This document shows, one piece after another, positions 60,431-64,000 of a stretch of 64,000 nucleotides of DNA. The position numbers were made by a program, and so were the translations under genes. The notes under the pieces are model-generated. The model did no database searches, was not told where the DNA came from, and saw nothing but the letters and a program-made list of their open reading frames with translations. Every line of letters begins with the position of its first letter. The first letter of the stretch is position 1. Origin of the DNA: Amoebophrya sp. A120 (taxonomy: Eukaryota; Protista; Dinoflagellata); assembly GCA_905178155.1 (NCBI GenBank), contig CAJINV010000003.1, positions 10,266,064 to 10,330,063 on the forward strand, written 5' to 3'.

Positions 60431-61621
60431 CGCTAGCCCCCCGCCCCCAGACGGGCGGCGTGGCGCACGCGAAAGCCTCCATCGCCCTCGTGCCGCCGTG
60501 ATTTACGGCGTCGCGCGGCCCTTTTTTTTTCGCGACGGGCTCCGGTAGCCCCTCCTTCTTCGCCGCCTTTCCGGCCCCCAGGGCCGGATGGGCCGGCCCG
60601 CGCGTCGGTCCGTGGTTTTTCTGGCGCCGGCCTGTTTCTTTTGATCGCCGACCCATGTTGCCAACCGAAGGAGGTGAGCCCAAGCAGCAAAAGGAGCCCG
60701 GCCCGCCCGCCTTGCCGGGCGCCAAGCCTACTAACCCGCACGCGCGCCGCCCCCGCCCGGGCACCCGCGCATGAAAAGATGGCGTAGCGCAAGTGCCCGG
60801 ATGTGTCCCTTTGGCCGCGGCGGGGCAAGCGCTCCGCTACCGCACCTCGGTAGGCGGCCGCGCACGGGCCGAGGAAGTTTGGCGCGCAGGCAAGCGGGCG
60901 CCCTCCTACCCCACGTCTCTTTGCCGCGCGCCAGCCCCAAGCAAGGAAGGGGCCCCGGCCTTCTGGTATGGGACAATGGACAAAGGCAAACGGACCTGCG
61001 CAGCTTGGGGGGCTTTTTGCTTCTTTGCGTGGATGCTGCAAAAGGCCGCGGCAGGATGGGCGCCCGGGCATTCCGCCCCTGCCCTTTTCTGCATTGCCCG
61101 CCGCGCCCTCTCTGCTTCCTTTATGTTGTTTCCCCCCTTTTCTGTGCATCCGGTTGCGCGCGCGCCGCCCCCAGGCGCCATTTTCGAAGCGGCCGGGCGG
61201 CCACTTTTTCCGCCTCCCAGATCGCCTCGCGCGCTCTTTGCATGCTCCACCCGCACGCCGAGGGCCCTTCGGTCCTGCTTGAATGCAAGGGCGGGCGGGG
61301 GCCAGTGATTTCAGTTCGGGCGGAAACTGGCCGCCGGAAGGGAAGGCGGGCGGGCGAGCCCGCGGCCGGGCGGTCCCGGGAGCCCTATCATAGAGGCCCG
61401 CCGCCCACCTTTCTTTATATTATATGACTTTCTTTTCCCGCGCCTTTTTTTTCCCGCAGCGCGGTTTTTAGCAGAGGCATCCTGGCGACCCTACCTTGGG
61501 GCGGGCGTATCGATTGGGGGAGGGGGGAAGTTGGGGGCAGGAAATTATGGGGCAGGTTGCGGGCAGGAAATTATGGGGCAGGATGATTGCAGGACGCGAA
61601 GTTGCAGGATGCGAAGTTGCA

Positions 61622-62224
61622 TATGGCGGCGTTAACTACTTCACTTTTAAAAACTTCAAACTTTTTGCTTGAGGTAGAAGCAACTTGCTGAGCTAGCTAC
61701 TTTAAGTAGGTACTTTATGTAGCTACTTTAACTCGCTACGCTATTGGATGTAGTTGAATTGTAGTTAAAAGCTCGACTCCGTCTCCGCGACGCTGTGCTG
61801 CCACGGGCTTGTCTGTTGGAAAATGACCTTCCGAAGTGACTACCTCTTTCCCCTCCCTTTTTGGTAGGGCAAAAGTGAAGCAAAAGCGAAGCAAAAGTTT
61901 TTTGCTGTGATCCATCATACCATCGTGGCTACAAAACTACATCATTTTTTTCATGGTTTCAAAAGCCGGCGCTTTGCCCCCCTCTTTTGCCTACCAAAAA
62001 AGGTAGGCACTTCAAGTAGTCACTTTCAATCAAGTCCGTGGCAGCTAGCACAACGTCGCGGAGACGGAGTCGAGCTTTTATCTACAATTCAACTACATCT
62101 AATAGCGTAGCGAGTTAAAATAGCTACATAAGCTACCTACTTAAAGTAGCTAGCTCAACAGGTTACTTTTACCTCAAGCAAAAGACTTGAAGTTTTTAAT
62201 AATGAAGCAGTTAACGCCGCCATA
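61622..62224. mobile_element. 603-bp MITE (TATGGCG family) with long TIRs and perfect 5-bp TSD
   Basis: ttgca|tatggcggcgttaact...agttaacgccgccata|ttgca. Arms pair over more than 200 bp. Inserted in the 15-mer minisatellite. Confidence 0.92.
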
Positions 62225-62620
62225 TTGCAGGGCGCAAAGCTGCAGGATGCGAAGTCGCAGGATGCGAAGTGGCAGGATGCGAAGCCGCAGGGTGCGAAGT
62301 TGCAGGATGCGAAGTGGCACGATGCGAAGTAGCAAGATGCGAAGGAGCAGGATGCGAAGTTGCAGGATGAGTGCGACGCTGCAGGCTGCGAAGCTGCAGG
62401 GCGCGAAGCTGCAGGATGCGAAGTTGCAGGGTGCGAAGCTGCAGGATGCGAAGTTGCAGGATGCGAAGGCGCAGGATGCGAAGCTGCAGGATTTTCGCCA
62501 GAGGTCGCGGCCCCGGAGTTGTTCAGTTGGTTGGGGTCGCGGAGTTGGCTGAGGTCACGGAGTTGGTTGGGGTCGCGGAGTTGGTTGGGGTCGGGTAGTT
62601 GGTTGAGTGTTGCGAGTTGG
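62225..62620 (+). repeat. 15-bp minisatellite (gcaggatgcgaagtt) followed by 18-bp repeats (ggagttggttggggtcgc)
   Basis: Direct reading of tandem units. Confidence 0.9.
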
Positions 62621-63144
62621 CTGAAGTGTTTTTTTTTTGGGTTATTAGAATTTATTAGTGTATTACTTTTTTTGCCGCGCCTTTTTTTTCCCGCAGCCAG
62701 CGCGGTTTTTAGAAGAGGTAATCTGGCGACCCCACCTTGGGGCGGGCGTATTGGGGGAGGGGGGCAGTTGGGGGCAGGAAATTACGGGGCAGGATGATTA
62801 CAGGGCGCGAAGCTGCAGGATGCGAAGTTGCAGGGTGCGAAGTTGCAGGGTGCGAAGCGGCAGGATGCGAAGTTGCAGCGTGCGAAGTCGCAGGATGCGA
62901 AGTTGAGTCAAAATGTAAATGCCGGAAGGTCGAACATCTGCGAAAAAGTTTTCGGCTTGGCGATTTGGGGAATTCGCGAAAAGTTTTGAACTTTGGATAG
63001 TCTGTGCTTGGCGATTTTTTTCCCCCGGGAACGGTTTGAAGTTCCGCAGCTCAGCAATAGGAGTCCAGCTCTAAGTTATACAAGTCGGCAGGTTATGTCG
63101 CTGCAGTGTGTCGACCAACGAGAATCAGGAAAGCGAGGGCCCGC

Positions 63145-64000
63145 GAAACCGAGAAAGCCGAAAGGCCGAGAAAGCCGAGAAATAGCCGAAAGGCCGAGAA
63201 ATAGCCGAAAGGCCGAGAAGGAGCCAAAAGGCCGAGAAGCAGCCGAAAGGCCGAGAAAGAGCCGAAAGGCCGAGAAAAAGCCGAAAGGCCGAGAAAGGGC
63301 CGCAAGGCAGAGAAAGAGCCGCAAGGTCGAGAAAGGGCCGCAAGGCCGAGAAAGAGCCGAAAGGCCGAGAAAGAGCCGAAAGGCCGAGAAAACCGAGAAA
63401 GAGCCGAAAGGCCGAGAAAGCCGAGAAAGAGCCGAAAGGCCGGGAAAGAACCGAAAGCCCGAGAAATGGCCGAGAGGCCGGATGGAAAAGATCCGAAAGG
63501 CCGGAAAAGAGCCGAAGGGCCGGAGAAGAGCCGAAAGGCCGGAGAAGAGCCGAAAGGCCGGAGAAGAGCCGAAAGGCCGGAGAAGAGCCGAAAGGCCGGA
63601 AAAGAGCCGAAAGGCCGAGAAAGGGCCGAAAGGCCGAGAAAGGGCCGAAAGGCCGAGAAAGGGCCGAAAGGCCGAGAAAGCGCTGAAAGGCCGAGAAAGC
63701 GCTGAAAGGCCGAGAAAGCGCCGCAAGGCCGAGAAAGCGCCGAAAGGCCGAGAAAGCGCCGAAAGCGCCGAAAGGCCGAGAAAGCCGAAAGGCCGGAGAA
63801 GAGCCGAAAGGCCGGAAAAGAGCCGAAAGGCCGAGAAAGGGCCGAAAGGCCGAGAAAGCCAGCGCCGCAAGGCCGAGAAAGCGCCGAAAGGCCGAGAAAG
63901 CGCCGAAAGGCCGAGAAAGCGCCGAAAGGCCGAGAAAGCCGAAAGGCCGAGAAAGCCGAAAGGCCGAGAAAGCCGAAAGGCCGAGAAAGCCGAAAGGCCG
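63145..64000 (+). repeat. 17-19-bp satellite (gccgaaaggccgagaaa[ga]) running off the window end
   Basis: Dozens of tandem degenerate copies, purine-rich on the + strand. Confidence 0.95.

Larger units (their letters stand above)
61434..62904 (+). repeat. ~190-bp direct repeat (61434-61621 and 62671-~62860), each copy running into a gcaggatgcgaagtt 15-mer minisatellite
   Basis: Both copies share gcgcctttttttcccgcagc..ctggcgaccc.accttggggcgggcgtat..gttgggggcaggaaatta.ggggcaggatgatt. Confidence 0.85.

Noticed and set aside
62187-62797. Pentapeptide-repeat-like ORF (AKLQD/AGCEV)
   Set aside because: Translation of a 15-bp minisatellite interrupted by a MITE; no coding context.
63076-63870. 264-aa minus-strand ORF
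   Set aside because: Translation of the 17-19-bp satellite.
1-64000. Autonomous transposase, reverse transcriptase or TnpB/Fanzor gene
   Set aside because: No DDE, YxDD, HUH or RuvC motif pattern was recognised in any listed ORF. A profile search would be needed to exclude a divergent one.

Overview
Eukaryotic genomic DNA with all recognisable genes on the + strand. Long introns bounded by inverted and short direct repeats suggest a syndinian dinoflagellate such as Amoebophrya (inference). Genes: TAM41, a putative secreted F5/8-type-C-like Cys-rich protein, a 27-kb spastizin/ZFYVE26 homologue (about 9 exons, roughly 4,800 aa), two small membrane proteins, ARPC3 and SPC25. Most inferred introns are TIR-bounded, introner-like insertions. 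Two terminus families (TATGGCG...CGCCATA and TTACAAACG...CGTTTGTAR, both with 5-bp target duplications) each occur twice, and several junctions look non-canonical. One 7.45-kb GT-AG intron is itself a TIR element holding nested foldback elements, including a CRISPR-mimicking hairpin array. All splice junctions were deduced by hand from reading frame and recalled homology, not from transcripts. No transposase, tRNA, rRNA or true CRISPR-Cas was seen.
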